Shown in pieces: positions 48,869 to 57,700 of a stretch of 64,000 nucleotides of DNA (position 1 is the first letter of the stretch; each line of letters opens with the position of its first letter). The stretch lies in assembly GCA_045631705.1 (NCBI GenBank), contig JAZQVE010000056.1, positions 718 to 64,717 on the forward strand. The letters run 5' to 3'. A program made the position numbers and the translations under genes. The notes beneath the pieces were generated by a model, which was not told the DNA's origin, did not search any database, and saw only the letters and a program-made list of their open reading frames with translations. The stretch comes from Akkermansia sp. Lineage in GTDB: Bacteria; Verrucomicrobiota; Verrucomicrobiia; Verrucomicrobiales; Akkermansiaceae.

Positions 48869-50034
48869 TTCTTGGATTTGCAGCACTTACGGGCAGGCTT
48901 GGCTGCCGGTGTCTCGGCCTTGATGCGGTCGCTGTGCATTTCCTCCGGCGTGCGGTCACCGAAGATGATGCCCAGGTCGCGGGCCGTGCTGATAATCTGG
49001 CTGTCGGGGCTTACAAAGCGGTGGTGAGCCACAGCTTCCTCAATCGGCACGTTGTCGATGTTGAGACCATTGAGTACCACGGTCTTACCGAAGTTCTTTT
49101 GTTCAATGAGTTTCACAGCTTCCACGCCGAAACGCACACCGAGGATGCGGTCGAAGGCACAGGGGGAGCCGCCACGCTGGGTGTGGCCCAGCACGCAGTA
49201 GCGGGTTTCGATGCCGGTGCGATCCTGCAGGATATGGGAGAGCTTGTTGCCGATACCGCCCAGACGCTCATCGCCGTTTTCCTTGTTGTGCACGGTGACG
49301 AGCTGGCCATTCAGTCGGGAACCTTCTGCCACCACCACGATGATTTCGCGCTGGCCGGTAGCCTTGCGGGCCTTGATGCATTCGATAACCTTGTCGAGGT
49401 CGTAGTCAATCTCGGGAATGAGTACCACGTCTGCCGCAGCGGCAATACCGCCGTACAGGGCAATCCAGCCGGACATATCGCCCATCACCTCAATCACCAT
49501 CATGCGCTGGTGGGCATTGGCCGTCGTGCGGATGCGGTCAATGGATTCCGTCACCACGGTCACGGCGCTGTGGAAACCGAAGGTGTAGTCGGAGTCGGAG
49601 CAGAGGTCGTTGTTGATGGTCTTGGGAATGGAAATCACGGGCAGACCTTCCTCGGAGAGGAGCTTGGCCGTGCGGGCAGAGCCGCTGCCGCCGATAACGG
49701 CAAGTGCTTCCAGACCAAGGGCGTTGATGGTCTTCTTGGCCTTGGCCATCACCTCGCGGTCCACCTGGCGGCGGCCCACCTTGTTGGTGACTACCTTGAA
49801 GTTGCCGGTGCTGGTGGTGCCGAGGATGGTACCGCCGTGGGCGCGGATTTTGTGAGCCTTGCTGGGGGTCAGCGTTTCATAACGGCGGCCTCCTGCGATG
49901 GGCAGGAGGCCTTCGAAACCGTCATGGAAACCGATAACTCGCCAACCGCGGCGATAGGCTGCAGATACATAGCCTTCAATCACCGCATTGATGCCGGGGC
50001 AGTCGCCACCGGAATTGAGAATACCGATAATCAT
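48865..50034 (-). CDS. Phosphofructokinase paralog with substituted catalytic residues
   Basis: PFK fold motifs are present, but GGDGS reads GGSGS, TIDND reads TINND and MGR reads MGD. Confidence 0.85.
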   Translation of the reverse strand: MIIGILNSGGDCPGINAVIEGYVSAAYRRGWRVIGFHDGFEGLLPIAGGRRYETLTPSKAHKIRAHGGTILGTTSTGNFKVVTNKVGRRQVDREVMAKAKKTINALGLEALAVIGGSGSARTAKLLSEEGLPVISIPKTINNDLCSDSDYTFGFHSAVTVVTESIDRIRTTANAHQRMMVIEVMGDMSGWIALYGGIAAAADVVLIPEIDYDLDKVIECIKARKATGQREIIVVVAEGSRLNGQLVTVHNKENGDERLGGIGNKLSHILQDRTGIETRYCVLGHTQRGGSPCAFDRILGVRFGVEAVKLIEQKNFGKTVVLNGLNIDNVPIEEAVAHHRFVSPDSQIISTARDLGIIFGDRTPEEMHSDRIKAETPAAKPARKCCKSKK

Positions 50035-50053
50035 GTTTCGTTATTAATGTAAT

Positions 50054-51244
50054 TTAAGCCTGTGTAAGCGGTGCGGGGATAGCGCCGAAATAGTGGGCGC
50101 AGCACCACAGGGCGCGCGGGTGGTGGAAGAAGGACTTCCACATGGAGCCCTTGAGTCCGTTGGTGGTGGAGCCATCCTGGTTGCAGTAGCCGAACCACTC
50201 GCCGTGCTCCTTGTCCTGCAGGTGCTCGAAAGACCAGTCGTGGATGCGCTGGTGCCATTCGGCATATTTCTCATCACCGGTCATCACATAAGCCAGGCAG
50301 GTGCCGATGAGTGCCTCATCGTGCGGCCACCAGAATTTCATGTTGTGCCAGTATTCCTGCACCGGCTTGTTGTACACGTCGGTGTAGTAGAGCAGGCCGC
50401 CGTACTTCTTGTCCCAGCCGCGTTCCAGCGCCCAGTCAATCATCTTGCAGCCAATCTCGATGAGCTTCTTGTCGCCACCGCGGTAACGGGCTTCCTCCAG
50501 CACGAACCAGCCACCTTCGATATCGTGGCCGGGGTTGAGCACGCGTTCGTCAAAGTGGTCGATGACGGAGCCATCGGGGGCCACGTTCTCGAGCACGGCC
50601 TTGATGTCCTCGTGCAGGAAGAGACGCTGCAGGTCATCGATGCAGCGGTCAATCCAGCCGGTGTAGTAGCCGTCAGCATCGCCGAGGTAGCGGCGCAGCT
50701 CCTGAGCGGTCACAATCATAATCATGCGGCAGCCCAGGTTCTCGCCGGGGCGGTTGCCGGTGCTCTTGGGAGCCATCTTGCCGGGGGTGAAGTTGATATC
50801 GGCGTAGATGTCGAACCAGTGGCGGGCGCGTTCTGCGCTCCTGGCCTCGCCGGTGGCGCCGTAATGGGCGGCCCAGGCGATGGCGGCGAAGCATTCGCTG
50901 TAGGCGTAGCGGCGCTTGCGGATGGGGGTGCCGTCAGCCGTCATGTGGAAGTACATGCGGCCATCTGCCGCGTCCACGCATTTTTCCTCAAGGAACTTGA
51001 GGGCGCTTTCGGCATACTGCAGCCATTCCGGGCGCTTTTCGATGCTGTTGTAGCAGGTAAGGAGCATCCAGGCCATGCGGCCCTGTGCCCATACGTTCTT
51101 GTCGGTGTCTACCAGTGTGTCGTCAGCAGCGCAGCAATGGTAGAGACCCCCGTTCACTGTGTCCAGTGAACGGGGAAACCAGAACGGCTCTACCTCATTG
51201 AGCAGCTTGTCTTTGTAGAATTCGCCAAGTGCTTTGGTGTCCAT
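50054..51244 (-). CDS. N-acylglucosamine 2-epimerase (AGE family)
   Basis: Motifs FW....D...GG, WAQGR, NPGHDIEGGWF, GWD...GG, KFWWPH.E, GEWFGY and WK..FH. Adjacent to nanA. Confidence 0.92.
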   Translation of the reverse strand: MDTKALGEFYKDKLLNEVEPFWFPRSLDTVNGGLYHCCAADDTLVDTDKNVWAQGRMAWMLLTCYNSIEKRPEWLQYAESALKFLEEKCVDAADGRMYFHMTADGTPIRKRRYAYSECFAAIAWAAHYGATGEARSAERARHWFDIYADINFTPGKMAPKSTGNRPGENLGCRMIMIVTAQELRRYLGDADGYYTGWIDRCIDDLQRLFLHEDIKAVLENVAPDGSVIDHFDERVLNPGHDIEGGWFVLEEARYRGGDKKLIEIGCKMIDWALERGWDKKYGGLLYYTDVYNKPVQEYWHNMKFWWPHDEALIGTCLAYVMTGDEKYAEWHQRIHDWSFEHLQDKEHGEWFGYCNQDGSTTNGLKGSMWKSFFHHPRALWCCAHYFGAIPAPLTQA

Positions 51245-51265
51245 GATGAGGCAGATGTTGAAGCT

Positions 51266-52192
51266 TTACTTGTAGATAGCCCAATCGTAGAAGCCGATGG
51301 CCTTGAGCTCGCTCTTGAGAGCGTCGAGGGTGGCCTTGTCCTGCTTGCCCATGGGGAGGCGGGCCGGGCCGAAGTCAACGCCGGTCCATTCGCTCATGAG
51401 GTACTTGCAGCAGCCCATGTAGCCCTTGCCGGCGATGATGTTGATCATGGTGACGGAGAGCTGCTGGAGGCGGGGGGCCTCAGCCAGGTCGCCGGCGTCC
51501 ACGGCCTTCATGATGTCATCATACAGCTTGGGAGCATAGTTGAAGGAGGAACCTACACCGCCCTTGGCACCGGTGGCGTAAGCGCCCAGGAACCATTCGT
51601 CCACACCCCAGGGAATGTCGTACTTGCCGCCGTCGTAGTTCAGGGCGTCCATGTACAGAGCCAGGTCGGGGTTGGTGAACTTCACACCCACGAAGTTGGG
51701 GATCTTCTTGGCGCAGGCCTCAATCATCTTGCAGGGGTTGAAGCCCACGTGGGTGAGCACGGGGATGTCGTAGAAGTAGAAGGGCAGCTCGGGGGCGCCG
51801 GAAGCGGCCACAGCCAGGCTGTCTACGAGCAGGTCGATGCTGCCCGGCTTGAAGTAGCAGGGGGAGTTGCTGGCGGTACCGGTAGCGCCACACTCAGCAG
51901 CGTAGGCGGCGAGCTCGCGGCCGTCGTATACGCAGTTGCCACCGGTGTGCACGATGACGTCGATGCCGTACTTCTTGCCGGCTTCGCCCCAGGCAGCCAT
52001 GTTTTCCTTACGCTCGGTGAGCTGCATGTGGGCGGATTCACCGGTGGAACCGGTGATGAAAACGGACTTGATACCCTGGCTGGCCAGGAACTTGGCCTGA
52101 GCGTCCACTGCATTGGGATTGCAGGAGCCGTCGGCATTCATCGGGGTGTGCGTGGCTGCGCAGAGACCATGGATTTTGAATGTGGTTTCCAT
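51266..52192 (-). CDS. nanA: N-acetylneuraminate lyase (DHDPS family)
   Basis: Motifs GSTGE, FYFYDIP, GVKFT and GSSFN. Adjacent to the AGE epimerase. Confidence 0.85.
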   Translation of the reverse strand: METTFKIHGLCAATHTPMNADGSCNPNAVDAQAKFLASQGIKSVFITGSTGESAHMQLTERKENMAAWGEAGKKYGIDVIVHTGGNCVYDGRELAAYAAECGATGTASNSPCYFKPGSIDLLVDSLAVAASGAPELPFYFYDIPVLTHVGFNPCKMIEACAKKIPNFVGVKFTNPDLALYMDALNYDGGKYDIPWGVDEWFLGAYATGAKGGVGSSFNYAPKLYDDIMKAVDAGDLAEAPRLQQLSVTMINIIAGKGYMGCCKYLMSEWTGVDFGPARLPMGKQDKATLDALKSELKAIGFYDWAIYK

Positions 52193-52313
52193 ATTTGTAG
52201 TATGTGTTTGGTTTACGAGAAAGGACAGGGTAATAAAAAAATTGCCCTGTGCTAGTTTTATCGCAAAGGGCAATGCATTTCAAGAATAATCTTCACCGCA
52301 CCGGGAATTATAT

Positions 52314-52757
52314 TCATTTTCCCGGTTTCACGCGGCGGAATCGCAGCTGAAGTTCGTTTTCCGGGCGGTTTCTGGCGCGATTTTTCTGGCGGATGAAGTC
52401 CTGGGCTTCGGCGGGCAGCTGGTCGATGATATGGAAGTCAACCACAGCGTTGTCATCGTCCTCGAAGGAGAGGCTTACGAGCCATTTCTGCCCATTCCGG
52501 GAAACCTCGATGGAGTAGGGCTCGGAATCCTCCTGCAACCAGGCGTATTGGTAGGTGCCCTTGTGGTTGCTGCCCTGCCAGCGAGCGGTGCTGTCTGTCA
52601 CCTCCACATAGCCGAGCTTGTTATACTCCTGCCATTCGCCCTGCACCAGTTCGCGCGGGTTCTTGAACCATCCCGGCAGCAGCAGGGCAGCGCAGGTAAT
52701 CAGCGTAAGGAGAATCAGGAGCAGAAGTAGACGGGTCCGGGGCATATCTGCTTCCAT
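52314..52757 (-). CDS. Hypothetical exported or membrane-anchored protein
   Basis: N-terminal poly-Leu anchor and a lipocalin-like LVQGEW motif. Confidence 0.65.
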   Translation of the reverse strand: MEADMPRTRLLLLLILLTLITCAALLLPGWFKNPRELVQGEWQEYNKLGYVEVTDSTARWQGSNHKGTYQYAWLQEDSEPYSIEVSRNGQKWLVSLSFEDDDNAVVDFHIIDQLPAEAQDFIRQKNRARNRPENELQLRFRRVKPGK

Positions 52758-52814
52758 GCTAGCATATTCTGACCGTTTTGCAATCATTCTGTGAAATGCA
52801 GCGTCATTTTTCTC

Positions 52815-53540
52815 ATGAAGGAACTGGTATTGCTGCGGCATGGGGAGTCACAATGGAATGCAGATAACCGCTTCACCGGCTGGGAAGACGTGCCCCTGTC
52901 TGTGCGCGGGCGGCGGGAGGCACAGTTGGCCGGTCAGCGGCTGATGGAGGGCGGATTCCGCTGCGGAGTGGCCTGTGCCTCGGTGCTCATGCGGGCCATT
53001 CACACCCTGAATATCGTCCTTGCGGAGCTGGACTGCTCGTGGGTCCCTGTGTATAAGGACTGGCGGCTCAATGAAAAACATTACGGCGCACTCCAGGGGC
53101 GCAACAAGCGCGATGTGGAGCTGGAGGTGGGGGAGGAGCTGGTGCGCCGCTGGCGCCGCGCCTATGAATGTCCTCCGCCACCCCTGTCGCAGGAGGCGGC
53201 TGCAGTTCAGTCTGCTGCTCCTCGCAATGCAGGCGTGCCGGCAGGGCAATTGCCGCTCACCGAATCCCTGCAGGATACCCACCGGCGGGTCCGGGCCTGC
53301 TGGGAGGAGCTGCTGCGGCCCCACCTGCACGCTGCAGGCTCCCTGCTGGTGGTGGCGCATGGCAACAGCCTGCGGGCCCTGGTGCTGCATCTGCGTGGGC
53401 TTTCGCCCGCGGAGGTGGAGTCGCTGGAGATTCCGACCTGCCAGCCCTTGCGCTTTGTTTTCGCTGATGATATGCGGCTGGTGGAGTGGGGGAACGCATT
53501 TGCGGGAGAAAGAGTGAGCCCCCTGTCTACACTTGATTGA
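52815..53540 (+). CDS. gpmA: 2,3-bisphosphoglycerate-dependent phosphoglycerate mutase
   Basis: Motifs LVLLRHGESQWN..NRFTGW.D, WRLNEKHYGALQG, ESL and AHGNSLRAL. Confidence 0.93.
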   Translation: MKELVLLRHGESQWNADNRFTGWEDVPLSVRGRREAQLAGQRLMEGGFRCGVACASVLMRAIHTLNIVLAELDCSWVPVYKDWRLNEKHYGALQGRNKRDVELEVGEELVRRWRRAYECPPPPLSQEAAAVQSAAPRNAGVPAGQLPLTESLQDTHRRVRACWEELLRPHLHAAGSLLVVAHGNSLRALVLHLRGLSPAEVESLEIPTCQPLRFVFADDMRLVEWGNAFAGERVSPLSTLD

Positions 53541-53565
53541 CGCCATATCCCCGGCATGCCATGCT
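53537..53565 (+). promoter_or_regulatory. Sigma70-type promoter of the phage-like operon (leaderless)
   Basis: TTGACG-17bp-(TGc)CATGCT, then 7 nt to an in-frame ATG at 53573. Confidence 0.55.
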
Positions 53566-53572
53566 GCGGAGC

Positions 53573-54796
53573 ATGGCAATACGTATGAAAGAGTGGGGCC
53601 TGCTGGCCTATCCCCGCCAGTCCGTGCATCTCCCGGTCAATTCGCTGAACGATTGGGGACGCACCGGGCAGGCTGTCGGCCACGGGGTGCAGGATGCGGG
53701 GCGTGGCCTGGCAGAACTCACGCCGCACATAGCCCGGGTGGCACAGGCCGGTGAGCTGGCCGATGCAGCCGCCATGCTGCGCGAGATTGGTGAGGAAACG
53801 GCTGGTGAGCTGCTGGAGCTTCCGGTGCGCGACTGGGACTACAGCTGGCAGCAGGCCTATGCACCCCGGGTGCAGCAGGTGCTTGCCCGGTTCAGCGGGG
53901 ACGAGCGCGAACAGGTCCGGCAGCTGAGCGAGTCCTATGGCCGCCGGTTTTCGCTGGATGCCCGCCGGCAGCTGGAACTGCGGCGTATTCGGCAATCCCG
54001 GCAGCGCTGGAAGGACCAGGTGGAATCTGCCGTGCTGCAGGGGGACGAGGAGGCTGCCTGCCGCTGGGTGGAGCAGGGACTGCATGTCTTTGTGCCGGAA
54101 TCCGACATGCCGCAGGAGCTGGAGACGGTGAGGAACCGCAGCCTTCAGGCGCGCTGGCTGCAGCACCTGCAGCAGGAGCCGTATGCCGCGCTCGCCGCCT
54201 GGCACGCTGCCGACGCCCGTAAACCGGCGGATGCCGGGACTCTGCGCGCCCTCGAGGCGCAGATGGAAACCACCCGGCAGGAATTGCACCGCAGCGTGGC
54301 CGCGCATCTGGCGGCATCGGTGGAGCAGGGCACAGAGCCTGATATGCCTATGCTGGAGCGAGCCGTGGAAGCCGGTGTGCTGGCGCCTGAGCAGCTGGCT
54401 ACCCGGACTCAGGAGCCCGCTTCCCTGAGCGTGGCCGATTCCTGCAACTGGCTGCGCCGCATAGATGAGCGCGACCCCGGCACCGATGAGCACCTGGTGG
54501 TGGAGATTGCGCTGGCGCCGATTCCGCAGGAACAGCGGCGCCTTCTTCTGCAGCGTCTGCAGAATACCGCGGGGCTGCCGCCGCAGCAGCGCTGTGCCAT
54601 GAGCCGCACGCTGTGGAACCGGTATCGGGACGGCGCCTTCGGTTGTCCGGGCGATGCGGAGTCCCTGCTGAGCCTGGGGCGCCTGCAGGAGGAAGCCCTC
54701 ATGCGCATGGTATCCGGCACGGCGCAGGAGGCAGATAAGTGGCTGGAGACGCTGGGAAATCATGCCGATGCCTGGCTCTGCTTTGATGAACAATAA
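53573..54796 (+). CDS. Hypothetical all-helical protein, possibly derived from a phage internal virion/ejection protein
   Basis: Amphipathic GQAVGHGVQDAGRGLAE N-terminus and coiled-coil character. Overlaps the next gene; in an operon with terL. Confidence 0.6.
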   Translation: MAIRMKEWGLLAYPRQSVHLPVNSLNDWGRTGQAVGHGVQDAGRGLAELTPHIARVAQAGELADAAAMLREIGEETAGELLELPVRDWDYSWQQAYAPRVQQVLARFSGDEREQVRQLSESYGRRFSLDARRQLELRRIRQSRQRWKDQVESAVLQGDEEAACRWVEQGLHVFVPESDMPQELETVRNRSLQARWLQHLQQEPYAALAAWHAADARKPADAGTLRALEAQMETTRQELHRSVAAHLAASVEQGTEPDMPMLERAVEAGVLAPEQLATRTQEPASLSVADSCNWLRRIDERDPGTDEHLVVEIALAPIPQEQRRLLLQRLQNTAGLPPQQRCAMSRTLWNRYRDGAFGCPGDAESLLSLGRLQEEALMRMVSGTAQEADKWLETLGNHADAWLCFDEQ

Positions 54797-57700
54797 GATA
54801 CCTGTTATGGAAACTCAACCCAATATCATAGGAAAGGAACCGCTTCCGCTGGAATCCCTGCCGCCGCTGCCGGTTCGGAATACCGCCCGCGAGGTGGAGA
54901 AAGGACAGTACTGGAATACATTGCTGAGCGGAAGCCTGGAGCAGGTGCCGCTGGAACTGCGCCGGAAGGTCGGTGCGGATAATGAGCAGGAACCTGCCGA
55001 GGTGCGGGATTACCGCTTGGCATCCTGTATCAACCGCTCCTGGGTGGTGGATCACCGGAATATGCCCCGCGAGCAGGTGCGCGCGAACTGGCCGGAGCTG
55101 CGCCGCCACCTGGCTGCGGAGCATGGTGTGCAGGATGACGAGCAGGAGCTGTATGCGGCCTTGTCCCTGCAGCAGAAGGATTCGCCTGCCCGCGAGCAGG
55201 TGCGCCGCGTGTATGCAGAGACCTATACTGCTTCGCTCAGGGGAGAGGATACCACCCCGCCGGAATCAGAGGCCGAACGCTTCATCCATGACGCCGCGCG
55301 GGAATCTGCAGCCCGGGTGCGCAGGGAATATCTGCCGCTGGCCGAGGCCTTGTCGCAGGGCTGGGCGTACCTGAAGGCCGAGGAGAGCAGCGCCTTCCCC
55401 CTGCCGGATATGCTGGCTGGGGCACCCGGGCTCATCCGGGCGGTGGATGCATTGGCCGATATGGCACCGGCGGAGCGCGCCAAGGTGTATGGAATTGCCC
55501 GCTCCCTGGAAGCGAGCCGCCAGCTGGAGGAGCCGTCGCCATCTCTGGGAAAGGCCATGCTGCATAGTGTGCGGCGCGGCTCTGCGGATATACGGCATGC
55601 CCTGGTTCAGGGCGTGGGGCACGCTGCTGCCGCGCTGACCCATGCGGCCGGTGAGACCCTGGAGAGCGATACTCTGCGGCAGGGGGCCGCTGCTCTGGAC
55701 AAGCGCCTGCAGGCACTTCATGAATTGCGCCGGGTGGCACAGGGTGAGGTGTTTCCCATCGAATTGGGCGAGGACAGCGCATTGTGGGAGGAACTGGCGG
55801 TGGCCTCTGCTGGTGCGGTGCCCGGGGCGGCCTTGTCCTTCATGGGCGGTGCCGGTTTCGGCCTGCTTGCGCTTTCCGGTGCCGGCGAGGCGGTGGCCGA
55901 AGCCCGCCGCCGCAACCCCGAGGGGCGGCAGGAGCTGCAGACGGCTGCCGGCATCGTGGGCGGTGCCCTGCAGGCAGGTATCTATATGGGGATGAGCCGC
56001 ATCGGTGCGCAGATGCTCAGCCGCTGCATCAGCAATTTCTCCAGGGCAGCGCAGTCCGGAATCAAGGGGTATTCGATGGCTGCCCTCAGGTCCCTGGGCG
56101 TCCTCACGGCCGAGAATGCCAAACTCTTACTGGCCGGGAAGTCCGCGCAGGCTGCGGAGCTGGGGATGCAGGAACTGGCTGCCCGTGTGGACCGGGTGGC
56201 CTCCCATATTGACTGGGAAGCCTTTGGCCACAACATATTGGATATCGAGACCAATATGCGCGAAGCTGCCATGAATCTGCCGTACATCCTGATAGCTGCC
56301 GGTCGGGCAGCCCTGCATCATTTCCGCTCGCCGGATGCCATCCTGGAGAATCGCCGCCTGCTGGAGAACTGGGGAGTGGATGAACCTACCCGTCAGCGCA
56401 TCATCGAGGCGCCGGATATGAACACCCGCACCACCATGCTGCGCGAGGCGTTGAGCGGCAACCGCCGCTGGGGTGGTGCCGGTTCGCTCCGGCAGTGCCT
56501 GCGGGCCCTGAGCCTGCTGAATAATGAGCTGGGCGCGCCGTTCAGGGATGAACGGGCCGTGCGCGGGTTCCTTCGCCTGCCTGCGGGCGCAGAACCAGGC
56601 CGCGGGCAGGAGCTGGTGCCGCGTGATATGTCGAAACCGAAAATCGTGAAGCAGGTCGCCGACCAGTTGAACGAGGGGCACAGGGCCTCTCTGCTCAGCC
56701 GCAAGGGCAGCCTGGAGTATCTGCAGTACCTGGACGAGATTTACCAGCGCGGCCAGGGGGAACTGCTGCGGAATCCGGAGAAGAAGCTGGAGCGCATCTC
56801 GCATTATCTGTCAACCCACGTCAGGCCGGAATCCGTGGTTCCAGAGGCATTGCGGCTGGGGGCGCATTACAATCCCTACCTGGCCCGGGAGGTGAACTCG
56901 CTTATTGATGGATATCTCAATGAGTTCATCAACCTTTCATACCAGTATCTTTCCAATACGGAATCCCTCGGGGGCCTGATGAATTCCTATAGAACCCTGG
57001 ACCAGGCCCGCAAATCCCTTGAACTCAAACGCCGGGTCTTCGTCAGCCGGTTGTGCGAGGCCGTGGCGAATGCCATGCATCCGGATGCCCGCGAATCTTC
57101 CCTGCGTACGTTCGGTTCGTGGTTATCCGGGCGGTATGATACCCGGCGCCGCTCCTCATCCCATGCGCCGCTCTGGCTGCGCCGTGTGGAGCGCTCGGAG
57201 CTGTTGGAAATGTACGACCGGGCCCCGGTGCAGGCAGCCGTCTTCAACAAGAAGAAGCCGGGGGAATTGCGTGATGCCTGCCGCATCATGCTGGGGGCCC
57301 GTGCCTGTGCGGAGGCTCTGCTGGAGCTTCTGCCGCATTCTGGTGAGTTTCAGGGGGCTCTGAGCAGGGGGTGCAGCCCGGAACAGGCCGGTGCACAGGT
57401 GCTCCGGCAGAAGCTGCTGGAACACCTGGACCCGGATACCTGGATGCCGGAGCCACTACCCGCCGCCGATGCACAGACGCTTCAGTCCGCCTCTGCGCAG
57501 AATCAGGCGCTGTGCCGCCGCTACCAGCAGCTGAGTGGGTATGATATGGAGAGCAGCCCGGATGGTTCCGGCAGGACGCTCTGGCGATATCGGCATCCGG
57601 ATGGTGAGTATTCCCCCTGGTTCCCTTCCTATGGCGCGGCGGTGAACTCCCTGGTCGGCAATGCGCAGATCGGATTCCTGCAGATAGGGCGGGGGATTCT

